From: Macrostomum hystrix
Taxonomy: Eukaryota > Animalia > Platyhelminthes
Reading direction: 5' to 3'
Assembly: GCA_950097015.1 (NCBI GenBank)
Contig: CATNEN010000005.1
Span: forward strand, 372,001 to 436,000
Length of the DNA stretch: 64,000 nucleotides
The position numbers were made by a program, and so were the translations under genes. Of this stretch, positions 13,201-23,000 are shown piece by piece. The number at the start of each line of letters is the position of its first letter. Within the stretch, counting starts at the first letter, position 1. The notes beneath the pieces are model-generated. The model worked only from the letters and a program-made list of their open reading frames with translations, did not search any database and was not told where the DNA came from.

Positions 13201-15275
13201 TTGTTACTGGTGACGAGACGTGGGTGCCTCACTTCGATCCCCCCACCAAACAGGAGTCCAAGGTTTGGACAATCAGGGGTTCAGATTTAATATAAATATA
13301 AAGATTAATAAAGATTTGAATTTAAATCTTTAATATAAAGATTTGAATTAATATAAAGAAGAGACTTGCTGCTATAAGACCGTTAAAATCACTTTATTTG
13401 AAACATCAGAACAAAAGATATAATCAAAAGTAACACTACTTTTGGGACAGCCCTCGTAATAATATTTAATATACTATAATTTCTTAATATAATATAAACA
13501 TACAAGTAAGCTACTCAATAAAAGCTATTTAAAAAAATTGACAAATAAGGCTATTGATTGCACCAATCTTCCTGAGCTTTATTCTGTTACAAGGCCACAT
13601 TCATTTGGGGGGGCATCTGTAGAGAGAAGGCTTGGTGGTTTGTCATACAATTTATGCCCCTGAGGGTCAACCTACAAGGCACAGTGAAGTGTATATGGCC
13701 TGACAATGAGAAAGTCAGGGCAGATATATGCCTATGTGAGCATATGCTTACACATAGTATCTACACATGAATATGCTTAGGAGTCAACAAAATGGGCAGA
13801 ATTGCCTCCTAGATTGTTGTAGGCCTATCTAGTGTCACTAACTAGTGTGCCATTTCTAGCAGCCCTCCCTAGAATGATTATTATAATTTAGCGAGCCACC
13901 AAAAATGTTCCTCTCCTTCCTTCCTAGTCTTAGGTTTAACCTACAGACAATAGCAATAGACAAACATATATGGTTTTGGCAAAATAGATAAACCTACACA
14001 TTGCCTTGCCATGCCATTGCAAAGTTACTACTTACAATGAGTAATAAAATAGTTTATTTGTACAAATTAATTAATTGTACAAAACTATAAAATTGCTAAA
14101 TACTCAAGTACACATAGCTATAAGGTTAACTTTGATCTTAGACATAGGTAAAATATATTGGCATGAAAAAAAATGTTTTCATTGATATTATGTTTTCTGT
14201 ATAGACCCCTGTCTACATTGCATTTTCTCTAATAGTTTTGTAATAATAAAAAGGTAGTTGTTATTTGTCCGGTTAACCGGTTAACCACCCAAGGACTTTT
14301 CTCCCCTTTCAATGAGCAGGAGCAATGATCCTCCCAAAGACCACTCTTGCCCTGCTAATAGCCATCTTGAGTCTTTGACCTCACAAAGACCAAACTATAC
14401 CCTTGAACTAAGTTAGTCCCTGAAACAACCGAATTTCTGGAAAAGGTTTTAATTTTTTTAATTAGTTGATAAACGAAAATAATTTGAGACACAAACTTCA
14501 AATCTGAATGACTGTCCTTTTGCAGCTTGTTAATTATTTTATCTTACAAATGATAGAGGTTCTCGTGGTAGCGCTATACAACCCTTACAACCTCAGTTAA
14601 CCGGACGAATAATCAAACCTAATAAAAATGGCTGTTTAAGTGTTAGGCATACATGCACAACACCCGGCCAAACCGGCCGAACCGGCCAGGTGAAACGAGG
14701 GGCCAAGCAAGGTAAGTCGCAAAAACTAATCGACCAAGCACAAAAAATCAAAGGGGGGACCAAGGGACAAAAAAGGAAGGCGTGAAGAAAAGGATAAAGG
14801 GGAGAGAAAAAGAGAGCAAATGAGAGCAAACTAAGTTGTAAATAGAGCAATGAAATGAACTAAGTTGCAAATGAGAGCAAAAACTAAGTCGCAAGGCCAG
14901 CTAAGATTTGGGAGGTTGCGCATGTATGGTGTTAGGTATTACTTAACTAGCATTAGGCCTAATTAAAAGAAAACACTAACAGTCAAGACAAAAATAGTTT
15001 TTGCTTTATAAAATGAAGCATACAAAAGAATCAAACCACAATATTAGCATGTTAGTACATTACCTTTATCTTGTGAATTGATCTTGCAAGCTAGGGCCTA
15101 CTTTAATTGATTAACCAAGAAAATTTTTATTTGTTTGTAAATAAAATATTCTTGAAACAATCATACAAACCTACTTACCAGATACAAAAATACCAATTTC
15201 ATATATATGTACATATATAAGTGTAAACAAAAATTCTTACTTCTCCTTTGATACTCCACTAGAAGTGAACATCAT
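380..15275 (-). CDS. cnn: Centrosomin/CDK5RAP2/myomegalin-family gamma-TuRC-recruiting coiled-coil protein; multi-exon, 3' end beyond the left edge of the window
   Basis: Phase-consistent GT-AG exons (transcript order): 15241-15275, 11720-11822, [alternative first exon 11267-11437], 10217-10330, 8699-8830, 8372-8566, 5324-5759, 3531-4872, 2630-2725, 1647-2329, 1452-1565, 380-738. Exon 10217-10330 encodes [23 protein letters not shown], matching the CM1 motif (LKKENFNLKLRIYFLEE type). Exon 380-738 ([17 protein letters not shown]...[11 protein letters not shown]) resembles the myomegalin HVIGHIDDYSALREQ...LLTMFWRAALP block. The 5'-most exons are less certain. Confidence 0.8.
795..1242. repeat. 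(AGAC)n microsatellite with AGGCTG variants
   Basis: Direct inspection; produces the spurious ORFs 768-1280 and 781-1317. Confidence 0.95.
2369..2585 (+). mobile_element. tRNA-derived SINE family A, partly deleted copy
   Basis: Degenerate B box CTCGATTCC; shared body GAGGGCCAACCTCCAAGGCACAGT and tail CTCAGGAGTCAGCGGAATGGGCAGAATTGCC. Confidence 0.8.
2780..3500. repeat. Degenerate ~20-bp minisatellite (CTAATCCGTTAGTTTTATCC)
   Basis: Recognisable, decayed units. Confidence 0.75.
3531..4872 (-). CDS. cnn: Large cnn-like exon with tandem 8-aa (K/R)ERAE(V/E/Q)(L/I)A repeats
   Basis: ORF 3527-4738 extended to the acceptor ttttctag|4872; donor GC|gtaagg at 3531; 24-bp coding repeat most regular at about 3930-4210. 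Confidence 0.85.
4982..5160. repeat. 35-bp minisatellite, about 5 copies
   Basis: ACGATAGACTAAATGATCCTATATGGGGATTATTA. Confidence 0.9.
5800..6500. repeat. Two related 22-bp minisatellites (GATGGAGTGACATTCATTAGGT grading into GATGAAGTGACAGTAATATGGT)
   Basis: Direct inspection. Confidence 0.95.
6993..7841 (-). CDS. Secreted C-type lectin-like domain protein with C-terminal PAN/apple-like Cys domain; intronless, nested in a cnn intron
   Basis: Hydrophobic signal peptide; CTLD pattern (AQDLC...L...VWIGL...YRW...CVAM...C...LLC); C-terminal [17 protein letters not shown]...C; AATAAA on the minus strand at 6779-6784. Confidence 0.8.
   Translation of the reverse strand: MLSLRNSTFATSCVAVILALTIGYSAACAPGRSDYDLYGDLCALYLSSPFPPSSPLTFNGAQDLCRSYEGDLVGSDAQLEAVWSATAPMGATVWIGLTGGLSNSDNSYRWLSSGAAKFGLDISRYWQRDGTLPSGAAAAKSGSGCVAMYTVSGLRVLLSMPNCTSHGSAGIDGLLCRYDPSVAKRIGRLGSRYARSIDAPGSKESKAVLIKQSVTSATMSRVECVFRCSTNPLCRIVHFYAGAIGGFNSKGDCYHGYYDLTPKPLLSDAFKVGQWNSFVFNN
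8880..9515. repeat. 34-bp purine-rich minisatellite
   Basis: GTGGGAGAATGTGGCAAAGGGGAAGAGGGAGGAA. Confidence 0.95.
10217..10330 (-). CDS. cnn: CM1 (centrosomin motif 1) exon of the cnn-like gene; not in the ORF track
   Basis: cgcag|AAA ATG GTC AAA TTA AAC CAA GAG AAT TTC GAC CTG CGC CTA...TCG|gtgagg; 114 nt, phase 0-0; ENFxL core conserved. Confidence 0.85.
10632..10996 (-). mobile_element. tRNA-derived SINE family A, most complete copy
   Basis: On the minus strand: A box TGGCAGAGCGG, B box GTTCGATTCC, shared body, internal hairpin CTGCCCGAC-gatgagaaa-GTCAGGGCAG, (ATT)n tail. Confidence 0.88.
12309..13456 (+). mobile_element. Internally deleted Tc1/mariner DNA transposon
   Basis: About 120-bp imperfect TIRs CGAGGGCTGTCCCAAAAGTAGTGTTACTTTTG... 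at 12309 and inverted at 13337-13456; TA on both sides (12307-8, 13457-8). Confidence 0.92.
12731..13270 (+). pseudogene. Mariner transposase remnant
   Basis: [18 protein letters not shown]...[13 protein letters not shown]...GRP (in-frame TAG at 12779), then a frameshift, HTH TIREIA...[12 protein letters not shown] (WVPHEL-like) and IVTGDETW (first catalytic D); the remainder of the DDD domain is deleted. Confidence 0.9.
13590..13885 (+). mobile_element. SINE family A copy, 5'-truncated and fully CpG-decayed
   Basis: Collinear with the 10632-10996 copy from AGGCCACATT to the ATT tail; contains no CG dinucleotide. Confidence 0.8.
14255..14621. mobile_element. Probable hAT-like MITE
   Basis: Imperfect TIRs TAGTTGTTATTTGTCCGGTTAAC / inverted GTTAACCGGACGAATAATCAAACCTA; GGTTAACCGGTTAACC palindrome; near-match flanks ATAAAAAG / ATAAAAAT. 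Confidence 0.45.
14648..14928. mobile_element. hAT-type MITE (281 bp)
   Basis: 14-bp TIR CATACATGCACAAC / GTTGCGCATGTATG; exact 8-bp TSD GTGTTAGG at 14640-14647 and 14929-14936. Confidence 0.85.
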
Positions 15276-17074
15276 CAGATACAAAGACAGCAATGAATTA
15301 TGAATAGCCCAGCAGCTTGGCTGTTTAAATTATATGTGTGTTAAGTGATTAGCAAATAGAAACAGTAGATCTGAACTAAATTTATAACTATAAATTGAAG
15401 CGACAAGAAACCTATTGACTGGCAATAATTATTTTTCTGAACTATCTACACAAATAAAACAATGGTCTTAAAAATATTAGACAATTAAATTGTAATGTAG
15501 CAACGTTGAGATAATAAGTAAAAAAACAAGAGATAATAGTCTAATCTAAAAGACAAAAGAGGGATAGTATTAACTTTGAAGATAGAGTGAACGAATTAAG
15601 CGTATAAAATGTGCGATATGACTATTAGGATAATGAAACAAGACTAAGCTCAGTCCACGCTGTGGTCTAGTATATATTTTTAAACTATTTCTTAAAATAC
15701 TAGTTGTTTTATAACTTAATCGGCTTATATTTTAGAACTGAAACAAAAATAAAAAAACTAAAAAAGTGTAAAATACTCTAGTTTTATTTGAATATTAGAG
15801 TTCAAATTGTCCAGATTGTTTTAGTGAACCAAATTACGTACTTTCGGCATATTAGAATTTGCATATCGGCATTTCGGCATATGCACAGGATCGATCCGTA
15901 TGGATGAAAAACTGTACTTTCGTCTAGAAAATATATAAACGAAGATAACCTAAGCATGGACATTAAGTGCACGAGTACATAACAGAATTAGTCTACTAAA
16001 AAGAGATTTTGAATTTACTGGGCCTCTGCATGGTTTTGCGCTAAATTGAACTGCTAATGTGCTACAAGGACCACTAGTAGGAGTACACTACTCCTAGTCT
16101 AGTCTCCTCTACAACTCTACTCCTAGTGGTTCTTGCTGTGCTAATCATAGCTAAACTAATATATTTAGCGATCGATTAATATTTTATGTCAATGCCAATG
16201 TCATGACATAATTGGCATGACATGACATGTCATGGCAATGCCAATGTCAACTAGCGTACTGGTCATTGCCGACACTGATCGTCCTGCAAGCATCTTTAGG
16301 CTTCTCATTGAATACAGTAAGTTTTGATGTGCTTGAAATTTAACTCTGATCCGCTAGCTTAACCTACACCAGCCGGGTTCGCATATTAATTTTGACAGCC
16401 GATTCTGTTTAAAATAAAGAACAAACCTTTGTGGCGATTGATTAGTTGCGTATCATGCAGTTGCGGACTGAGCGCTAACAGTTGTGTGAATATAATTAAG
16501 GTCGTGGAGGATGATTTCTGTGATCATGTACTTTTTGACTAATTAGCTAATCCCAGAGGGCGCTGGAGCTGATAGCAAGAACTTCCGGAGAACCGAATAT
16601 TGAGCTACGTGCCGTTGTGCTGGGAGGTAGCAACATATAATTCTCCCTTGAACATAAGCAGTAGTTAAAACCAGAGACGAAATTGATTTGTCTTCTGACA
16701 TCTCGTGCTCCAATACTGTCTATATATTATTATTTTCAAGTAAATTATATTATATCTTCATTTTCTTTGAGAGAATCAATTACTTAGCTTAATTGTATTG
16801 ATCGAGTCTTTTATATAATTATTTTATCAGTTTTTACCTTTAAATGCGAATCTCAAAACAAAACTTGTCAGATTTTAATCAAAGTGTATAGTTAGTTTCA
16901 GGTGATTTTCAGTCTTAAATGTAGAAGCTTTAATTTGTTTGATTTTATCCTGCATGATGGAAAAAATAATAAGCACACATCACTAAAGTCTACGGATTTA
17001 GTCTTGAGTCTGCCCTCAATTACAAATGATAAAATAGCTATGAGCTCAATGAGTTAAGCAAGCGATTGAGGCAT

Positions 17075-17330
17075 GCTTCAAGGTAGACTGTGGTTTACAG
17101 ATAGATAACTATTGCACACCTAGGTTTTACCATGCAGATGTACATCTATGAGTGGCGCAGTCTCAGCCGTTGCATGCTTTTTGTGGTCCTAGAGTCCATG
17201 GACAGGTGATTGCCACAATTCACTGGACACTGGAATAATTTGTGCACCCAGCCACCCAAGGTAACATTTTTCTCGTGGACTGAAATTCGAACCCTTGACG
17301 TTTGCTTTACACGTACATTAAAAATAGTTT
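17075..17330 (-). mobile_element. Degenerate tRNA-derived SINE-like element
   Basis: B-box-like GGGTTCGAATTTC on the minus strand at about 17283-17295, followed by a GC-richer body. Confidence 0.35.
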
Positions 17331-17739
17331 AAACTTGAAGGTCGGAATGGCTTAACAGTTAGTTAATAACTGAACTACTGTGCAGCTGCATTCACAGCGG
17401 TTTTTATTAGTAGCCTTGTGTCGATTGTATATTTTAAATAGCCATAAATAATAGAATGATGATCACAAATCTGAAGCATTAGTCAAGGCGCCAGTGTGTG
17501 TCTGTGTTAAAGTGCATTGAACGCAATTTCTAGAAGGTTACAAAAAACACAAAAACGACAAAAAAGCTGTTTCAGACCTGGAACTTGGTACATACCTGGT
17601 GCCAGATTTTTAATTAAAATTTAAGCAACAAAACAGGGCAAAAAATAGCTATTAGCTTTTGCTTGGTACAGCATACGCATAAATTACCTAGTCAACTAAA
17701 AAAAATCTGGCATTCAACTTCTACCGCCTTATGATTCAA

Positions 17740-18120
17740 CCCTGTACATTCAGTCGCAACAACAGGACAGCCTTTGTGCAATGTACATTCAACTTCTTCC
17801 CCCTCATCGATTAAACCGCTGTACATTCAGTCGCAACAACAGGACAGCCTTTGTGCAATGTACATTCAACTTCTTCCCCCTCATCGATTCAACCACTGTA
17901 CATTCAGTCGCAACAACAGGAAAATCTTTGCTATGTACATTTAACTTCTACCGCCTTATCAATTCAACCCTGTACATTCAGTCGCAACAACAGGAAACTC
18001 TTTGCTATGTACATTTAACTTCTACCGCCTTATCAATTCAACCCTGTACATTCAGTCGCAACAACAGGACAGACTTATGCAATGTACATTTAACTTCCAC
18101 CTCCTTATCGATTCAAACCT
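17740..18120. repeat. 74-77-bp tandem repeat, 5 copies, two TGTACATT per unit
   Basis: Units start at 17743, 17820, 17897, 17971 and 18045. Confidence 0.9.
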
Positions 18121-19042
18121 GTAAATTCGAAATGAAGCCTGTAATTTATAGAAAATGTGTGAAGTTGACGCAGAATAAATCTGACTGAGCGACATCTAAA
18201 CTTTTGTTACGACAGTGGGAGAAAAAAGCACAAAAAACTAGGCAAAACGATTTCAAAACACTAATATCAGTAGCTAGTGAGTGATGACAGCTTAGCTCTG
18301 GGGAACCGTCTATCCTGCTAATTAAATATTTTTTGTGGAACAATTTGAGCCAGCTCATAATCGCGTTGTTGTTTTTTGTTTAAATGCTTAAAAAGATGTG
18401 TAATCTAGCTGCGAAAATAAGCTAGTTGAAAAACAATTCTAGAAACAAAGGAGTTAAAATAGCATACTCGGGACTATCAAGAACAATTCAACATACTTTG
18501 AATTACGATAAACTTCAATGGTAATTAGAGCATTTTAGCACCAATCTAGCGCCTAAAACTATAACGGGTAAATTTTTCAGTAATAACCTAATTTCATACT
18601 ATATTAACTGAGAAATTTAACTACTACTAGTGACAATAGTCAAACAGTAGTAACAAATGGATATTTAATAAAACGTGACGCTATGCAAAAATTGGTTAAT
18701 AAAATTATTGGAGACGAGATAAATATCGTTAGAAAAGCGAATAAATATGGTTGTCTGCTGTTTGCATCATTTCATAGATACTAATTAAAGCCATTGAGAT
18801 TAATTCTCAGACCGCTAAAATCTAAATACTTAAAAATGCTTCATTTTCAGTTACATAGAAATTTCACTGGTGTGTTTTCTATGTGTTTGTAAAATAAAAT
18901 CTCTAACATAACATTTGTAAATTCATCGAAGTCATTTAAATTATGTTTATAAAAGTTTAAATCTAAAATACGCTCGTTTAGAAAGACTGAAATTCTACAC
19001 TACTAAGCTAGCTATAAGTAGTAGCTGCAATTGAAAATAAAG

Positions 19043-19985
19043 AAGGGATGAGAGAGTAGATAGAAGGGATGAGAGAGTAGATAGAAGGAATGAGAGAGTA
19101 GATAGAAGGGATGAGAGAGTAGATAGAAGGGATGAGAGAGTAGATAGAAGGGATGAGAGAGTAGATTGAAGGGATGAGAGAGTAGATAGAAGGGATGAGA
19201 GAGTAGATAGAAGGGATGAGAGAGTAGATTGAAGGGATGAGAGAGTAGATAGAAGGAATGAGAGAGTAGATAGAAGGGATGAGAGAGTAGATAGAAGGGA
19301 TGAGAGAGTAGATAGAAGGGATGAGAGAGTAGATAGAAGGGATGAGAGAGTAGATTGAAGGGATGAGAGAGTAGATAGAAGGGATGAGAGAGTAGATAGA
19401 AGGGATGAGAGAGTAGATTGAAGGGATGAGAGAGTAGATAGAAGGAATGAGAGAGTAGATTGAAGGGATGAGAGAGTAGATAGAAGGAATGAGAGAGTAG
19501 ATTGAAGGGATGAGAGTAGATTGAAGGGATGAGAGAGTAGATTGAAGGGATGAGTGAGTAGATTGAAGGGATGAGTGAGTAGATAGAAGGGATAAAAGAG
19601 ATTGAAGGGATGAGAGAGTAGATTGAAGGGATGAGAGAGTAGATTGAAGGGATGAGAGAGTAGATAGAAGGAATGAGAGAGTAGATTGAAAGGATGAGAG
19701 TAGATTGAAGGGATGAGAGAGTAGATAGAAGGGATGAGTGAGTAGATTGAAGGGATGAGTGAGTAGATAGAAGGGATAAAAGAGTAGATTGAAGGGATGA
19801 GAGAGTAGATTGAAGGAATGAGAGAGTAGATTGAAGGGATAAGTGAGTAGATTGAAGGGATGAGAGAGTAGATAGAAGGGATGAGAGAGTAGATTGAAGG
19901 GATGAGAGGGTAGATTGAAGGGATGAGTGAGTAGATAGAAGGGATGAGAGAGTAGATTGAAGGGATGAGAGAGTAGATAGAAGTG
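19043..19985. repeat. 21-bp purine-rich minisatellite (GAAGGGATGAGAGAGTAGATA)
   Basis: Direct inspection; lies 3' of the ENPP stop codon. Confidence 0.95.
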
Positions 19986-20075
19986 AGTACCTGATTAGAG
20001 AGGATTAGAAGAGACGGGGTTTAGAAAATATGCAGCTCAATTAAGCTCCTATTAAGCCAACAAACGGGGGGGCAG

Positions 20076-23000
20076 TTAAGCAAACAAAGCATAGAAGCTA
20101 GCAAACCCGGCCAAAGTCAAGCAAAGCACGGCGGCCGGTTGATCAGCAGCTGGAGCAGCACTGGCGGCATCCATCGTTAAATAGGCCGCTTCAGGAATAT
20201 TCTTAGGACTCTGTTTATCCTCCTGCAGCAGCAGCAGCAGCAGCCGGTCATTGATTAGCTTCGGCATTGACTGGCGAATTTTCCAATCTCGATAATCTAA
20301 TCCTAGCAGATGAAGCAACAGCGGATAGAGGTCTAGAATTTCGATAGCGTCAAAGTTGAGACTGGCATTGTTAAACAGATCATAGCCGCTGTGAACTAGC
20401 GGTCCGGCAATAATTGCGGCCGTGTGCATATCCTTAGCAGCTGGATCGTAGCCGTGCCAACCCTTGGCCGGGCCGCTGCTGTATCCCGGATAGAGACGGT
20501 CGAATGTTTCAACAAAGACGCCAGGCTCGGCTAGTAGCGAAAACGGTGGCAACCGACTTGTCACTGTCGGCTGCTTGGCCGCTTTAACTAATCTGGGATA
20601 GAAACGGCTGATTATTTGGGCGTCAGTTAGCACTTCCACGTGCGGATGCTTGCTCTGCATCAGCTGCGGATGGAAATGAACGAATGAATGCTGGACAACC
20701 TGATGCTCAGGCTCTATTACCTGACACCCTGATGCTCAGGCTCTATTACCTGAAACTCTGGAGCTCAGGCTCTATTACCTGACACTCTGGAGCTCAGGCT
20801 CTATTACCTGACACTCTGGAGCTCAGGCTCTATTACCTGACACTCTGGAGCTCAGGCTCTATTACCTGACACTCTGGAGCTCAGGCTCTATTACCAGACA
20901 CTCTGGAGCTCAGGCTCTATTACCTGACACTCTGGAGCTCAGGCTCTATTACCTGACACTCTGGAGCTCAGGCTCTATTACCTGACACTCTGGAGCTCAG
21001 GCTCTATTACCTGACACTCTGGAGCTCAGGCTCTATTACCTGACGCTGACACTCTGGAGCTCAGGCTCTATTACCTGACACTCTGGAGCTCAGGCTCTAT
21101 TAACTGACACTCTGGAGCTCAGGCTCTATTACCTGACACTCTGGAGCTCAGGCTCTATTACCTGACACTCTGGAGCTCAGGCTCTATTACCTGACACTCT
21201 GGAGCTCAGGCTCTATTACCTGACACTCTGGAGCTCAGGCTCTATTACCTGACACTCTGGAGCTCAGGCTCTATTACCTGACACTCTGGAGCTCAGGCTC
21301 TATTACCTGACACTCTGGAGCTCGAGCTCTATTACCTGACACTCTGGAGCTCAGGCTCTATTACCTGACACTCTGGAGCTCAGGCTCTATTACCTGACAC
21401 TCTGGAGCTCAGGCTCTATTACCTGACACTCTGGAGCTCAGGCTCTATTACCTGACAATCTGGAGCTCAGGCTCTATTACCTGACACTCTGGAGCTCAGG
21501 CTCTATTACCTGACACTCTGGAGCTCAGGCTCTATTACCTGACACTCTGGAGCTCAGGCTCTATTACCTGACACTCTGGAGCTCAGGCTCTATTACCTGA
21601 CACTCTGGAGCTCAGGCTCTATTACCTGACACCCTGAAGCTCAGGTTCTATCACCTGACACCCTGAAGCTCAGTTTTTGTTACCTGACACCCCGAAGCCC
21701 AGCTATACCTGACTATCTGAGACCCAGATAGGATAAGCAGGATCCCAGCCGCTCACCTGCATCATATTCCACAGGCTCTGGTTTTTTCCTGGAGCCGGCC
21801 AGACGCCGACAGCTGCGCCGACGTGCACCACCTTCAGCACATCGTTGTGCATTGCGAACAGTTCCAAGGTTGTTCGATCAACGCGGTCGATATTAGACAT
21901 GCCGTGATCGCCCATCACGGCCAAATGCGCCCCCGCGTGGGCACCCCAATCGCTGTTAACAATGCGACTCAGAGCTAGATTAATGAGAACGTCAACTTGA
22001 CGCAAAAGTAGACGCCGATTAGTAACGGAATCGGGCCCATAGCGATGTCCGCTCCAATCTAGCAGGTCAACATAAAGCACTACGAGATCAGCGTAGCCGC
22101 TTCGCATTGACTCGGCGCCTGAAATGATCAGCTTTTTGGTTGTTTTATCTGGGGATCTGGGTAAGGCTACAGTTTAATCTGAGGATCTGGGTAAGGCTAC
22201 AGTTTAATCTGAGGATCTGGTAAGGCTACAGTTTAATCTGGGGATCTGGGTAAGGCTACAGTTTAATCTGAGGATCTGGGTAAGGCTACAGTTTAATCTG
22301 AGGATCTGGTAAGGCTACAGTTTAATCTGGGGATCTGGGTAAGGCTACCGTTTAATCTGGGGATCTGGGGAAGGCTACAGTTTAATCTGGGGATCTGGGT
22401 AAGGCTACAGTTTAATCTGGGGATCTGGGTAAGGCTACAGTTTAATCTGGGGATCTGGGTAAGGCTACAGTTTTATCTGGGGATCTGGGTAAGGCTACAG
22501 TTTAATCTGGGGATCTGGGTAAGGCTACAGTTTTATCTGGGGATCTGGGTAAGGCTACAGTTTAATCTGAGGATCTGGGTAAGGCTACAGTTTAATCTGG
22601 GGATCTGGGTAAGGCTACAGTTTAATCTGAGGATCTGGGTAAGTCTGGGTAAGGCTACCGTTTAATCTGAGGATCTGTGGAAGGCTACAGTTTAATCTGA
22701 GGATCTGGGTAAGTCTGGGTAAGGCTACAGTTTAATCTGAGGATCTGGGTAACTCTGGGTAAGGCTACCGTTTAATCTGAGGATCTGTGGAAGGCTACAG
22801 TTTAATCTGGGGATCTGGGTAAGGCTACAGTTTAATCTGGGGATCTGGGTAAGGCTACAGTTTAATCTGGGGATCTGGGTAAGGCTACAGTTTAATCTGA
22901 GGATCTGGGTAAGGCTACAGTTTAATCTGGGGATCTGGGTAAGGCTACAGCTTTATCTGGGGATCAGGGGAAGGCTACAGTTTAATCTGGGGATCTGGGT

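Noticed and set aside
15062-15090. 27-nt candidate micro-exon in cnn
   Set aside because: Contains TAA in the frame required by the neighbouring phase-2 exons
16500-16710. Possible C/D snoRNA or other ncRNA near the cnn promoter
   Set aside because: Only weak box-like matches and no terminal stem; no snRNA, SL RNA, rRNA or true tRNA signature was recognised anywhere in the window
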